Below are positions 1-10,033 of a stretch of 55,428 bases of DNA, in pieces. The stretch comes from Eubacteriales bacterium (GTDB taxonomy: Bacteria; Bacillota; Clostridia; Oscillospirales; CAG-272), in contig JAZSOQ010000007.1 in NCBI GenBank assembly GCA_045537015.1, forward strand, positions 1-55,428, read 5' to 3'. A model generated the notes under the pieces. That model was not told the DNA's origin and searched no databases. It saw only the letters and a program-made list of their open reading frames with translations. The translations under genes were made by a program, and so were the position numbers. Numbering within the stretch: position 1 is the stretch's first letter; every line of letters starts with the position of its first letter.

Positions 1-9
1 TTGCTGCTT

Positions 10-68
10 CGTCAAGGTAGTATTGTAAACTTTTCTCAAGAGAAAACTTTACAATCTCCACCTTGACG
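10..68. repeat. Long imperfect inverted repeat (hairpin)
   Basis: cgtcaaggt...attgtaaa.ttttctc-aa-gagaaaa.tttacaat...accttgacg. Confidence 0.6.
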
Positions 69-149
69 AGGGCTTACCTACGATTCCTACTGGCTTACCT
101 ATCCCCTGACACAAATGACTTACCGATGCGCTGATTTTTCAGCATCTTT

Positions 150-219
150 CTGTTCACTGTCCACTGTCCACTGTCCACTCTGATCTGACCACTGTCCACT
201 AACCACTGTCCACTGTCCA
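150..219. repeat. Heptamer tandem repeat (CACTGTC)n, imperfect
   Basis: ttcactgtccactgtccactgtccact...ccactgtccactaaccactgtccactgtcca. Confidence 0.85.
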
Positions 220-291
220 TCGAATCCCTTAATATAAAAAATACATAAAATAAAAAAGTTAATAATTTTGTCAAAAAATTTCGCAAATGGG

Positions 292-320
292 TTGACAAAC
301 GGCTCGAAGGGTGGTAAAAT
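292..320 (+). promoter_or_regulatory. Sigma-A promoter of ABC transporter operon
   Basis: TTGACA-17 bp-TAAAAT with TGn extension. Confidence 0.7.
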
Positions 321-447
321 AAAGCAACTTCAAAAACCGTTCTCTGTCAACCTGCCGCCCGCAAGACATTTTATTTTATCATCTCCGTGCGCAAGCGGCC
401 TCCCGCCGGCTGAGAATGTTAGTGCCACACATTCCGCCGTAAAATTT

Positions 448-2706
448 ATGATGGACAAACTCCTTGTCAACTCCCTTCTGACCGAAGAAGAAATTGCAGA
501 ACTTAAGGGAAGGGAGACTCCGGGGCATCCCTGGATCTTTGCAATCGTTGGCGATATTTCGATCCTTTCGAACTATTGCCGAAGTGTGTTGCTTGTAAGC
601 GACATTGAAGTCACCACGCATGAGTTCAACACTCATCACGCAGGAAAAACCATTCGTATTGCGGATATCGAGAAGACTCATACCCGCCGTATGTACGGAA
701 ACGCAATGCTCTGCCTTGAGCTCAAAAACGGTCTTGAAGAAAAAATATTCCGCTACACCTTCAGCGTAAACACGCTTTGCGAGGGTGCTTCCACCTTTAT
801 CAACTCTGTCGTCAAGGGCGAGGATATCAAGGAAGCCACCGAATGTATGCAGGCGATCTACGAGAAGCAGCTTTCCGTCTGCCCCAAGTGCGGACGTACA
901 CTTGCTTCCCCCGGTGCGGAATGCCTTAACTGCGCGAGCAAGAAAAAGCTTATCGGAAAGCTCGGAAAGTACATAGTTCCCGAGTGGCCGAAGTTGATCG
1001 TTTCGGTCATCCTTTCGATCGCTTCCACGGCATTGGCTCTTGTTCCACCCATGCTGACAAGATCTTTGGTAGACGAGATTTTGCCAAACAAAGATGCCGC
1101 AATGCTGACGCAGGTGGTAATTGCACTGATCTCTTTGCAGATCGTAAGCCACTTGATAAGCGGTACGCGCGGATATGTCTTGCGACTGGTCGGCGACAGA
1201 ATAGTTTCAAATCTGCGAAACGACGTTTACGAAAAGGCGCAATACCTGCCGATGCGATTCTATGACAAGACCTCGACGGGTGCGGTCATCAACCGTATCT
1301 CGGGCGACAGCTCGACGATCCAGTCCTTTATGCTGCGTATCACGCAGGAAGTTGTCGTTCAGTTCTTCAAGATGATCGGTATCGTTGTCGTTATGCTCGT
1401 GCTGAATCCGAAGCTGACGTTGCTCTCGCTTGCTCCCGTTCCGCTTGTAGTTATCGGCTCCAGAATCTTCGGCAAGAAGATCCGTCCCTTCTATCTCCGC
1501 ATCTGGAGAAGATGGACAGCCGTTTCCTCTATACTTACCGATACAATCCCCGGTATTCGTGTCGTAAAGTCATTTACAAACGAAAAAAACACCACTGCCC
1601 GCTTCAAGGAAAAGAACGAGGAGTGGTATAAGACCGACACATCCGCGGCAAAGATACTTAATGCATTCCCCGCGATCGTCGGTACCTTCATCGGTCTCGG
1701 TTCGGTCGTTATCTGGGCGTTCGGCGGTACTATGGTTATCCAAGGAACAGGCAATCTGACCGTTGGTCTTCTTGTTTCCTTTATATCTTATGCATCGATG
1801 TTCTATGAGCCCGTAAACTTCTTTGCAAACCTCAACGACTCCTTCCAGCACTTCCTTGCATCCGCAGAAAGAATTCTTGATATTCTTGACGCAGAACCCG
1901 AGCACAACTTCGGCGAAGGCAAGAATATGACCGAGTTCAAGGGTAAGATCGAGTTCAAGAACGTAAACTTCTCCTTTGACCGTACCAAGAAGACGCTGAA
2001 GAACATCAACCTCGTTATCGAACCCGGCGACATCGTTGGTATCGTTGGTACCACCGGTTCGGGTAAATCGACGCTTATCAACCTCCTGCTCCGTTATTAC
2101 GACCATTATGACGGCGAGATCCTTGTTGATGACATCAATATCCGCGATATAGATATGTCGCACTTCCGCGGACAGATCGGCTTCGTTCAGCAGGAGCCGC
2201 TTATGTTCCACGACACCATTTTCAACAACATCGCATACGGCTGTCCCGACTGCCCCGTTGAGAAGGTTCTCGAGGCGGCAGACATCGCAAACGCGCATGA
2301 GTTCATAGTACGTCAGCCCGACGGTTACGATGCAGTTCTCGGCGAGCGCGGCGTAGGTCTTTCGGGCGGTGAGCGTCAGAGAGTTTCCATCGCGCGTGCA
2401 ATGCTCAAGAATCCCTCGATCCTTGTATTCGACGAGGCGACCGCTTCGGTCGACTCCGAGACCGAGCACCTGATCCAGGAGGCTATCGAGAGACTTATCG
2501 CGGGCAGAACCACCATTATGATCGCGCACAGACTTTCGACCCTTTCGAAAGCGAACAAGATCGTTGTTGTAGACAAGGGCGAGATCATCGAGTTCGGTTC
2601 TCCCGAGGAGCTGCTTGCGCTTAAGGGCAAGTATTACCGCCTTGTTGAGATCCAGTCAATGTCCGAAAAGGTCAAGGAAGCCAAGAAGGCTGACAATTTC
2701 GAATGA
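448..2706 (+). CDS. ABC transporter permease/ATP-binding fusion (exporter type) with N-terminal extension and Zn-ribbon
   Basis: Walker A GTTGSGKS, signature LSGGERQR, Walker B ILVFDEAT, TM domain, CPKCG..CLNC. Start moved to ATG 448 because a promoter lies at 292-320; exact start uncertain. Confidence 0.9.
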   Translation: MMDKLLVNSLLTEEEIAELKGRETPGHPWIFAIVGDISILSNYCRSVLLVSDIEVTTHEFNTHHAGKTIRIADIEKTHTRRMYGNAMLCLELKNGLEEKIFRYTFSVNTLCEGASTFINSVVKGEDIKEATECMQAIYEKQLSVCPKCGRTLASPGAECLNCASKKKLIGKLGKYIVPEWPKLIVSVILSIASTALALVPPMLTRSLVDEILPNKDAAMLTQVVIALISLQIVSHLISGTRGYVLRLVGDRIVSNLRNDVYEKAQYLPMRFYDKTSTGAVINRISGDSSTIQSFMLRITQEVVVQFFKMIGIVVVMLVLNPKLTLLSLAPVPLVVIGSRIFGKKIRPFYLRIWRRWTAVSSILTDTIPGIRVVKSFTNEKNTTARFKEKNEEWYKTDTSAAKILNAFPAIVGTFIGLGSVVIWAFGGTMVIQGTGNLTVGLLVSFISYASMFYEPVNFFANLNDSFQHFLASAERILDILDAEPEHNFGEGKNMTEFKGKIEFKNVNFSFDRTKKTLKNINLVIEPGDIVGIVGTTGSGKSTLINLLLRYYDHYDGEILVDDINIRDIDMSHFRGQIGFVQQEPLMFHDTIFNNIAYGCPDCPVEKVLEAADIANAHEFIVRQPDGYDAVLGERGVGLSGGERQRVSIARAMLKNPSILVFDEATASVDSETEHLIQEAIERLIAGRTTIMIAHRLSTLSKANKIVVVDKGEIIEFGSPEELLALKGKYYRLVEIQSMSEKVKEAKKADNFE

Positions 2707-2719
2707 GGAGGGAATAGCA

Positions 2720-3205
2720 ATGGCACTTAAATATCTTGATAAAAGCGCAAAGATCGAGATGACCGACGTTTACTACGTTCAGCTCACTCTCGGCGACGGT
2801 ACGGTTTACGAGAACGTTGAGCTCCGCCGACTTTTCCCGATCTCGGATAAGTTCAACTATATCTCGCTGCTCGATAAGGATGAGCACGAGATCGCAATGA
2901 TCAAATCGCTCGATGACATCACTCCCGACAGCGCGGCGGCGATCAAGGCTTGCTTCTACGATTACTACCGCATCCCGAAGATCACGAAGATCACGGAGTG
3001 TGACGATAAGACGGGAATGCTGAAGATGACCGTCGAGACCGACCACGGCCCCGCATCCTTCCGCATCCGCAACCGTCACAGCGATATGAAGACCTATCAC
3101 GGCGACCGCGTTATCATCCGCGACTCGAACGATAACCGTTACGAGATCGAAAATCTTAACAACCTCGACCGCAAGAGCTGGCTTCTTGTTGCAAGTTTTC
3201 TTTAA
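2720..3205 (+). CDS. DUF1854-like protein
   Basis: RRLFPIS..YISL..EIAMI..YY.IPKI..VETDHG..RD...NRYEI pattern; RBS GAGGAGG; adjacent to this ABC transporter type. Confidence 0.75.
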   Translation: MALKYLDKSAKIEMTDVYYVQLTLGDGTVYENVELRRLFPISDKFNYISLLDKDEHEIAMIKSLDDITPDSAAAIKACFYDYYRIPKITKITECDDKTGMLKMTVETDHGPASFRIRNRHSDMKTYHGDRVIIRDSNDNRYEIENLNNLDRKSWLLVASFL

Positions 3206-3212
3206 TAATATG

Positions 3213-3239
3213 ATCCCCCGAGGCGACGCCTCGGGGGAT
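3213..3239. terminator. Hairpin between convergent genes, likely bidirectional terminator
   Basis: atcccccgaggc-gac-gcctcgggggat. Confidence 0.7.
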
Positions 3240-3259
3240 ATTGTCTGTTTGCATATACT

Positions 3260-4156
3260 TTAGTTTATAATATTAACAAAGTCATCAATTGTAATCAAAC
3301 CGTAGTAATTATTGCCACCCCATGGACGAGTTACGCAATATTTGGTCGGTTGTATCACGCTCATCAATGCATCATAATATTCATCGAATACGACGCGGAG
3401 ATTTATTTCGTTTTTTTCACCGTCGGCATGTATAGCATACATTAAATGCGATATATAGTATTCATTATCATAATTGATGCAAGAGATCGTTACCACTTGA
3501 TGATAGAATACCGAAGTAGAGTGATATACTCTTTCCGCATTCGATGGATTTAAGTAAATGAATTCTTCTTCAAAGACAATGTGAGTGTTGGTGTTGACGC
3601 CTTCTTCAAAAATCGGCTCATACATTTGAAAATGCTCGACCCTCGGAATGATTGCTTTTTTGGAGGCTATATCCCTTACAAATAATGCTTTGTTGATCTG
3701 AAAAGCCACAACAATGTTTTTATCCTCGTGGATCTCTTTGATCTCATTCGTGTTTTCGAATCTTACCCAAGTAAAGTCATCGGCGTTACGATATTTGAAC
3801 AGTTCGTCCTCCGTGATCACGTTGTAATATCCACAAACGAAATAGAAATCTGTTGGATCAAAGTCAACGAGCAACGGCTGATGACCTTTTTTTATTTTAT
3901 CAATTTTAATCGAAAGTGATGTGTCGGGAATTTCATATTGCAAATGTAAGCCTTGCAAATAATCAACCAAAGAATCGATCAATTCGTCAGTCAGCGTATC
4001 GCTGTCCTCGACCGCAAAGCTCTGTTCATCGATATTATCTACGGAATTTGTACTGCTTATCTCGTCATTATTGTTTCCGGCGTTCATATCGCAACCGTAA
4101 AGAAGGGTCAGGCAAACAAATATAATAAATATGAAGCAAAGTCCTTTTTTATTCAT
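3260..4156 (-). CDS. Hypothetical lipoprotein (AT-rich)
   Basis: Signal peptide with LYGC lipobox, RBS AAGGAG. Confidence 0.75.
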   Translation of the reverse strand: MNKKGLCFIFIIFVCLTLLYGCDMNAGNNNDEISSTNSVDNIDEQSFAVEDSDTLTDELIDSLVDYLQGLHLQYEIPDTSLSIKIDKIKKGHQPLLVDFDPTDFYFVCGYYNVITEDELFKYRNADDFTWVRFENTNEIKEIHEDKNIVVAFQINKALFVRDIASKKAIIPRVEHFQMYEPIFEEGVNTNTHIVFEEEFIYLNPSNAERVYHSTSVFYHQVVTISCINYDNEYYISHLMYAIHADGEKNEINLRVVFDEYYDALMSVIQPTKYCVTRPWGGNNYYGLITIDDFVNIIN

Positions 4157-4165
4157 TGTAACTCC

Positions 4166-7144
4166 TTAAAACTGAGAGTAGAATTTGTCCTCGATCGCCT
4201 TTGCAATTTCAAGCATATCGTTTTTGTTGACCTTAACAACCTGTCTGTCGTAGGTGACAAGACCGTTGGTTTCGTCCTCGACGTCGCTGACCTGGGTGTA
4301 GACTGTGGCGCATAGGCCTCGTTCGATCATCGGGATTACCTCGTTCATGTATAGGTCGTTAAGTGCCTTGCCGAAGGACTCTGTGTCCTTAAAGAAGCTG
4401 TAGCCGTAGGTCTTGTCGAGGTTGAAGGAATGCCCCTCGATCTTGCAGGAATAGCCGCCGAACTCCGAGAGCACCATCGGGCGGTCGGGGGCGTTTTTGA
4501 GATCGAGCTTCTTGAAATATACGTGATCGCTCGTGACGTCGCTTTCCTTTTCGACGAACCAACCCGAGGTCGAGTCCCAGATACGGGTGGGATCAAGAAC
4601 TTTGAGCCTGCGGTAGTTTTCATCGGCGTCAAACTGCCCCCACCCCTCGTTGAAGATGGTGTAATATACGACCGAGGGGTGGTTGTAGAGGAGCTTGACA
4701 GTCATTGCGCTTTCTGCCTCAAAGTTGGCGCGGCGAATATCGCTCGCGCGGTGCGTGATGCCTTTTTTTAGACCGATAGTCGGCAGAGCAGTGTCAATGA
4801 GGAAACTGTATTTGCCGCTGTTGACCATATCCTGAAAGACGATCATACCGTATTTGTCGCAGTAGTAATAGAACAGCTCGGGCTCGATCTTGATATGCTT
4901 GCGGAGCATATTGAAGCCGAGTTCCTTCATTTTCAGTATATCATACTTATATCCATCTGGTGTCGCGGGGGTATAAATGCCGTCGCTGTAATAGCCCTGA
5001 TCGAGCAGACCGTGGAAAAAGTATGGCTTTTCGTTGAGGGTTATGAAGGACTTGCCGCCGATCTTTGCCGTGCCGACTGTGCGGAGTGCGAAATAGGATT
5101 CGATCTTATCCTCGCCCGATTCAAGAGTGAATTCGTAGAGATACGGGTCTTCGGGAGTCCAGAGATGGGGATCGTCAACTTTGAGTTCAAATTCATCGCC
5201 CCGGAAGCTGTACTGCTTGCCGTTCTTGAGGGTGATTAAATTTTCATCCGCACCACCCTTGATCTTGAACTTGACCGAGTTGAGCGTGGGCATCATTTTG
5301 ATATGCTTGATATAATTTTCGGGAACAGCCTCGAGCCACACAGCCTGCCAGATTCCGCTTATGGGAGTGTACCACATACCTCCGCGATCACGGCGCTGTT
5401 TGCCGTATGCGAGGTCGGTGTCGAGATCGTCGATCACGTCGACTTGAATCGTATTCTCGCCCTCGGTCAGATATTCGGTAATGTCAAATTCAACGGGAAG
5501 ATAGCCGCCCGCAAGAATATCGAGATTGTGCTCACCGATCTTGAGCATAAAGATCTGATCGACCGCGCCGAAGTGAAGAATGATGCGCCCGGCGCGCATT
5601 TCCTCGGGCAGGGTGAATTTTTTGGTGTATTTGTAGACTTCGTAGTTCTTTTTTTCGCGCTCGATGCCCGAAAGTCGTGATTCTGGCGGGAAGGGAACCT
5701 TGATCTTGCCGAGATCGATCTCCTCACCGCTTATAACCGAAAGCTCCCACTCCCCGCAAAGCGACATATAGGAATCGCGCTTCATCTGCGGGCGGGGGTA
5801 TTCGGTCCAGTCGCTTGAGTTGTCGTCCTCAAATGGAGTTTTCAGATTTTTGCAGAGGCGCGGCTTGTTGAAGTATTTGGATGCAATAAGGAGAAGTATT
5901 GCAAGGATCGCGATCGGAACAAGCGCGGCGAGGAAGATGTTTTCATTCGGTACGAAGGATTCCGTACCGTCGTTGTTTACGATCTTTTCGGCATTCGCGA
6001 GGACGGTCTTACCGATAAAGGGACCGATTATGCCGGGGAGGAGTACCTGTGAGAAGATACGAACGCCCTGCAGTCTGCCTGCCTTATCCTCGGGGGTGAG
6101 GTCGCGGATCTTCGCGCCGAAGACTGCCATTCCCGAAAGATAACCACACATCATCAAGAGCGAGCCGATGAAAACGGGGAGCTTGGGCTTGAAGATGAAG
6201 AGAATAACATATCCGACCGCGAGCCACGCAAGTGAGAAGGAAGAGGAGAATCCAAAGCCCTTTTTGTCATAGACCTTGCACCAGAAAGCTGTTGCGACCG
6301 ATGCAAGAATGATCGCGGGTGCCATTACGAGAACGTAATCCGCCATGCCGAGCGAGACCTCGTAATATATAATAAGGTAGGGCATAAAGATCTGGATCGA
6401 GATATTGAAGATGACGAACGCCGCGAGGTAGAAGTAGAATGCGGGATTCGACCTCACTGTCGAGGGCATAAAGCCGTAAAATACATTTTTTATGTACCCC
6501 GTTTCGGACGGCACGGGGCATTTGTCTTCGATGATGAAGATTCCGAGAATGCCAATCAGAAGTGTAGCGATACCGATGATGGCAAAGATGATAACCCAGC
6601 TTTGTGCTTCATTAAGGTCAAATGCCATAAATCCGCCAAAAACGGCAAGGATAGCGACAAGGGGCATCATCGAGTTGATACCCTCGGCAGAGCCGCGGTT
6701 GGTCGAGTCGGTCGAGTCGGTCAGCCACGCGTTATACGCCGCATCGTTAGCCGACGAGCCGAAGAAGGTCATCAGGCAGTCAAGGGCGATGGTCAGTGTT
6801 ACGCCGAGTGCCGCCGCGCTTGCCGCTGTGGGGAAGAGAGCCTCGATGAGATCGAGCTTCAAGAGCGCAAAGGCGAATATCGAGAGACCCCAAAGAATGT
6901 AACCGCCGCAGATAAAGACCTTTCTCTTACCGATGCGGTCGGAGAGCGCGCCGATGAAAACGGTGGTAAGCGTTGCCGCGATCGCGCTTGCGGCGACCAT
7001 CAGCGAAATATCCTCGGCAGAGGCGTTGAACATTTTATAGATAAAGACGTTGAGGTACATATTCTCAACGACCCACGCGATCTGTCCCATCAGTCCGAAA
7101 AGGACAAGCGCGAGCCAGAAGCGTCCCGAGAGTTTGTTTTTCAT
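4166..7144 (-). CDS. MFS transporter fused to GH2 glycoside hydrolase
   Basis: MFS motif A GALSDRIGKRK and about 12 hydrophobic segments, then GH2 motifs YPRPQ, LRKHIK, NHPS..FNEGWGQ, SEFGG; RBS GAAGGAG before ATG 7144. Confidence 0.9.
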   Translation of the reverse strand: MKNKLSGRFWLALVLFGLMGQIAWVVENMYLNVFIYKMFNASAEDISLMVAASAIAATLTTVFIGALSDRIGKRKVFICGGYILWGLSIFAFALLKLDLIEALFPTAASAAALGVTLTIALDCLMTFFGSSANDAAYNAWLTDSTDSTNRGSAEGINSMMPLVAILAVFGGFMAFDLNEAQSWVIIFAIIGIATLLIGILGIFIIEDKCPVPSETGYIKNVFYGFMPSTVRSNPAFYFYLAAFVIFNISIQIFMPYLIIYYEVSLGMADYVLVMAPAIILASVATAFWCKVYDKKGFGFSSSFSLAWLAVGYVILFIFKPKLPVFIGSLLMMCGYLSGMAVFGAKIRDLTPEDKAGRLQGVRIFSQVLLPGIIGPFIGKTVLANAEKIVNNDGTESFVPNENIFLAALVPIAILAILLLIASKYFNKPRLCKNLKTPFEDDNSSDWTEYPRPQMKRDSYMSLCGEWELSVISGEEIDLGKIKVPFPPESRLSGIEREKKNYEVYKYTKKFTLPEEMRAGRIILHFGAVDQIFMLKIGEHNLDILAGGYLPVEFDITEYLTEGENTIQVDVIDDLDTDLAYGKQRRDRGGMWYTPISGIWQAVWLEAVPENYIKHIKMMPTLNSVKFKIKGGADENLITLKNGKQYSFRGDEFELKVDDPHLWTPEDPYLYEFTLESGEDKIESYFALRTVGTAKIGGKSFITLNEKPYFFHGLLDQGYYSDGIYTPATPDGYKYDILKMKELGFNMLRKHIKIEPELFYYYCDKYGMIVFQDMVNSGKYSFLIDTALPTIGLKKGITHRASDIRRANFEAESAMTVKLLYNHPSVVYYTIFNEGWGQFDADENYRRLKVLDPTRIWDSTSGWFVEKESDVTSDHVYFKKLDLKNAPDRPMVLSEFGGYSCKIEGHSFNLDKTYGYSFFKDTESFGKALNDLYMNEVIPMIERGLCATVYTQVSDVEDETNGLVTYDRQVVKVNKNDMLEIAKAIEDKFYSQF

Positions 7145-7220
7145 TTTGAAAACTCCTTCAATTTGTTGCCTTAATTTTATCACAAAGCGCACCTTTTGTC
7201 AATGATGAAGCCGAAAATCA

Positions 7221-7249
7221 TTGACTTTTGAGAATAATAGTGCTATAAT
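7221..7249 (+). promoter_or_regulatory. Sigma-A promoter
   Basis: TTGACT-17-TATAAT with TGn. Confidence 0.65.
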
Positions 7250-7279
7250 AAATAAAAATCACCTTTATGGAGGTTTATG

Positions 7280-7999
7280 ATGGATTACGGTATTCAGCTT
7301 TACAGCATTCGCGATCTTGCAAAGGAAAATTTTGAAGAAGCAGTTGCGGCAGCCGCTCGTATCGGCTACGCATCGATAGAATTTGCGGGATTTTTCGGCA
7401 GAAGCGCAGAAGAGGTCAACCGCGCAATGGATGCGGCAGGCATTCGAATCTGCGGTACTCACAGCGGCTGGGGAGAGCTTGCAAACGATTACGAAAACAC
7501 CCTGCGTTTTCACAAGGAGATCGGCAACAAGCATTACACGATCCCCGGCGCAGATCTTTCCACTCCCGAAAAGCTCAAGGATTTTGTTGAATTTCTCAAC
7601 TATATGGCGCCCAAACTTGCGGCAGAGGGCATTGAGCTTGCATATCACAACCACTCGCGCGAGTTTATCGTCAACGGTTTCGGTGTTCGCACTCATGATG
7701 TGCTTGCGGCTGAAACAAAGATCAATTTCGAAATTGATACCTATTGGGCGTTCGTAGCGGGCGAAGATCCTGTTAAGACCCTTGAAAAATATGCGAACAG
7801 AATGTCGCTCATCCACCTCAAGGACGGCACACCCGAGGGCAAGGGCAAGTCGCTCGGTCTTGGTGCGGCACCGCTTGCGGAGGTTGTTGCGACAGCCAAG
7901 AAGCTCGGACTTTATATGATCGTTGAAAGCGAGGGACAGGAGCCCGACGGTCCCGCCGAGATCACTCGTTGTATTGATTGGCTCAAGGCAAACGGATAA
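7280..7999 (+). CDS. Sugar phosphate isomerase/epimerase (IolE/XylA-like TIM barrel)
   Basis: GIQLYSIRD, YHNH..EF, EIDTYW, HLKD motifs. Confidence 0.85.
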   Translation: MDYGIQLYSIRDLAKENFEEAVAAAARIGYASIEFAGFFGRSAEEVNRAMDAAGIRICGTHSGWGELANDYENTLRFHKEIGNKHYTIPGADLSTPEKLKDFVEFLNYMAPKLAAEGIELAYHNHSREFIVNGFGVRTHDVLAAETKINFEIDTYWAFVAGEDPVKTLEKYANRMSLIHLKDGTPEGKGKSLGLGAAPLAEVVATAKKLGLYMIVESEGQEPDGPAEITRCIDWLKANG

Positions 8000-9369
8000 T
8001 GGAAACCACGCTTAAGAAAAATCAAAAAAGCCGAAAGCCGCTCGGCACATCGACGGTTATGGCTCTCGGTTTTCTTGCGATAATTACTATAGGAACGCTG
8101 CTTTTGATGCTTCCGATATCAAGTGCGGCGGGTGAATTTACTTCACCGCTCACGGCATTGTTTACGGCGGTCAGCGCGACCTGTGTCACAGGGCTCGTCG
8201 TGGTCGAAAGCGGCATTTATTGGAGCCTTTTCGGAAAGGTGGTCATCATCGTTCTGATACAGATCGGCGGACTCGGATTTATGACCATGGCAGTCCTGCT
8301 TTCGATCATTGTGCGCCGCAGTCTTTCGCCGCGTGACCGCGTTCTTGTTGCGGCTTCATACGGTATCACCGATTTCGGCGGAATAAACGTGCTCGTCAAG
8401 CGAATTCTGCTTGGAACGTTGTGCATAGAAGGCGCCGGAGCGGCATTGCTTGCTTTGCGTTTTATTCCCGAATTTGGGTTCCCAAGGGGCATCGGCTACA
8501 GCGTATTTCATTCGATTTCCGCCTTTTGCAACGCGGGATTCGATATTCTCGGTAACGGGGATTCTGTCGGAGCCTATGCAAAGGACCCGCTTGTGAGCAT
8601 TACTCTGATGTTTTTGATCCTCCTCGGAGGTATCGGTTTTCCCGTTTGGAATGAATTCATCGGGCACAAAAAGGGAAGAAAATTCGGCGTTTATACTAAA
8701 TTTGTGCTGATGCTTACTGCCATATACGTTATCGGCGGAGCAATAGTTGTGGCTCTGCTTGAATGGAATAACCCCGAAACGATAGGCGGTATGGATTTCG
8801 GGTCAAAGATCTTGAATTCTTTCTTCCAATCGGTCACGTGGCGTACAGCGGGATTTGCCTCGGTCGATAATGCCGCGCTGAATGAAGGAACAAAGCTTTT
8901 CGGACTCTTTATGATGTTTTCCGGCGGTGCTTCCGCATCGACCGCGGGCGGTGTCAAGATAGCAACGATAGGCGTTATTATGCTTGCGGCGTATTCGGTT
9001 GCCATCGGAAGAAACGAGATCCGTTTTATGCGTCGCCGTATTCCCTTTGAGGCGATGATGCGCGCGCTTGCGCTTGTGGTAATTCAGCTGATCCTTACCA
9101 TTGCTGCAACCTTGATATGCACTGTTGCTTGCGGTAATATGGATATAGAAGGAATAGATATTCTATATGAAGTCGTTTCCGCGGGTGCGACCGTAGGCTT
9201 GACAGCCGGATTGACACCGACTCTGCCCGCCGCCGCGCTTGTTGTTTTGATTTTTATGATGTATTTCGGGCGAGTCGGAATACTGACTGTGACATTTTCG
9301 CTTCTCGGCAAGTCGGGAGGAAACAAATCCTCGATCAGTTATCCCGACGCAAATATTTTGATAGGATAG
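7999..9369 (+). CDS. trkH: Trk/Ktr potassium uptake membrane subunit
   Basis: Four pore motifs SATCVTGL, SAFCNAGF, TWRTAGF, SAGATVGL; MYFGRVG. Confidence 0.9.
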   Translation: METTLKKNQKSRKPLGTSTVMALGFLAIITIGTLLLMLPISSAAGEFTSPLTALFTAVSATCVTGLVVVESGIYWSLFGKVVIIVLIQIGGLGFMTMAVLLSIIVRRSLSPRDRVLVAASYGITDFGGINVLVKRILLGTLCIEGAGAALLALRFIPEFGFPRGIGYSVFHSISAFCNAGFDILGNGDSVGAYAKDPLVSITLMFLILLGGIGFPVWNEFIGHKKGRKFGVYTKFVLMLTAIYVIGGAIVVALLEWNNPETIGGMDFGSKILNSFFQSVTWRTAGFASVDNAALNEGTKLFGLFMMFSGGASASTAGGVKIATIGVIMLAAYSVAIGRNEIRFMRRRIPFEAMMRALALVVIQLILTIAATLICTVACGNMDIEGIDILYEVVSAGATVGLTAGLTPTLPAAALVVLIFMMYFGRVGILTVTFSLLGKSGGNKSSISYPDANILIG

Positions 9370-9379
9370 GAAGATCACA

Positions 9380-10033
9380 ATGAATAGTTTTTGCATTATA
9401 GGACTTGGAAAATTCGGCACTTCGCTTGCGAATGCACTCGTTAATGCGGGCAAGCAGGTAATGGTAATAGATACCGATTCCGAAAAAGTGACAGAGATCG
9501 CCGATCACGTGACGAATGCGGTCATAGGCGACGCGACCAACATAAATCTGCTGAAGGCATCCGGTGTTGCCGATTATGATTGTGCCGTTGTTTGTATGAC
9601 CGAGAACATCAGCGATATAATTCTTATCACCATACAGCTCAAGGAGCTCGGTGTAAAGCACGTTATCTCCCGCGCCGTCAACGACGGTCACAAAAAGGTG
9701 CTTGAGCATATAGGTGCGGATGAGATAACCTATCCGGAGCACGATATGGGCGAACGTATTGCGTTCAGACTTTCACATTCATCCATCACGGATTTTGTGC
9801 AGTTCAAGGGCTACAAGGTCGTTGAAATGGCAGTTCCCGAATCCTGGGTCGGCAAGGATCTCATCACGCTCAATCTTCGTAAAGCCTTCGGTGTGAACGT
9901 CATCGCCGTCAGATACTGCGATGGCAGACTTGACGTTTCCCCTTCTCCCACACGCGAGTTCAACGCGGGCGAGATCGTTTCTGTTGTCGGCGACGACCAC
10001 GACATTGAAAGCATGACAGCGAAGATCAAGTAA
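9380..10033 (+). CDS. trkA: Trk/Ktr regulatory RCK subunit
   Basis: IIGLGKFG Rossmann motif, RCK_C domain. Confidence 0.9.
   Translation: MNSFCIIGLGKFGTSLANALVNAGKQVMVIDTDSEKVTEIADHVTNAVIGDATNINLLKASGVADYDCAVVCMTENISDIILITIQLKELGVKHVISRAVNDGHKKVLEHIGADEITYPEHDMGERIAFRLSHSSITDFVQFKGYKVVEMAVPESWVGKDLITLNLRKAFGVNVIAVRYCDGRLDVSPSPTREFNAGEIVSVVGDDHDIESMTAKIK

Noticed and set aside
95-298. 67-aa ORF with DSGQW repeats
   Set aside because: Translation artefact of the heptamer repeat
268-447. N-terminal extension of the ABC transporter ORF
   Set aside because: Overlaps a consensus sigma-A promoter at 292-320, so likely non-coding
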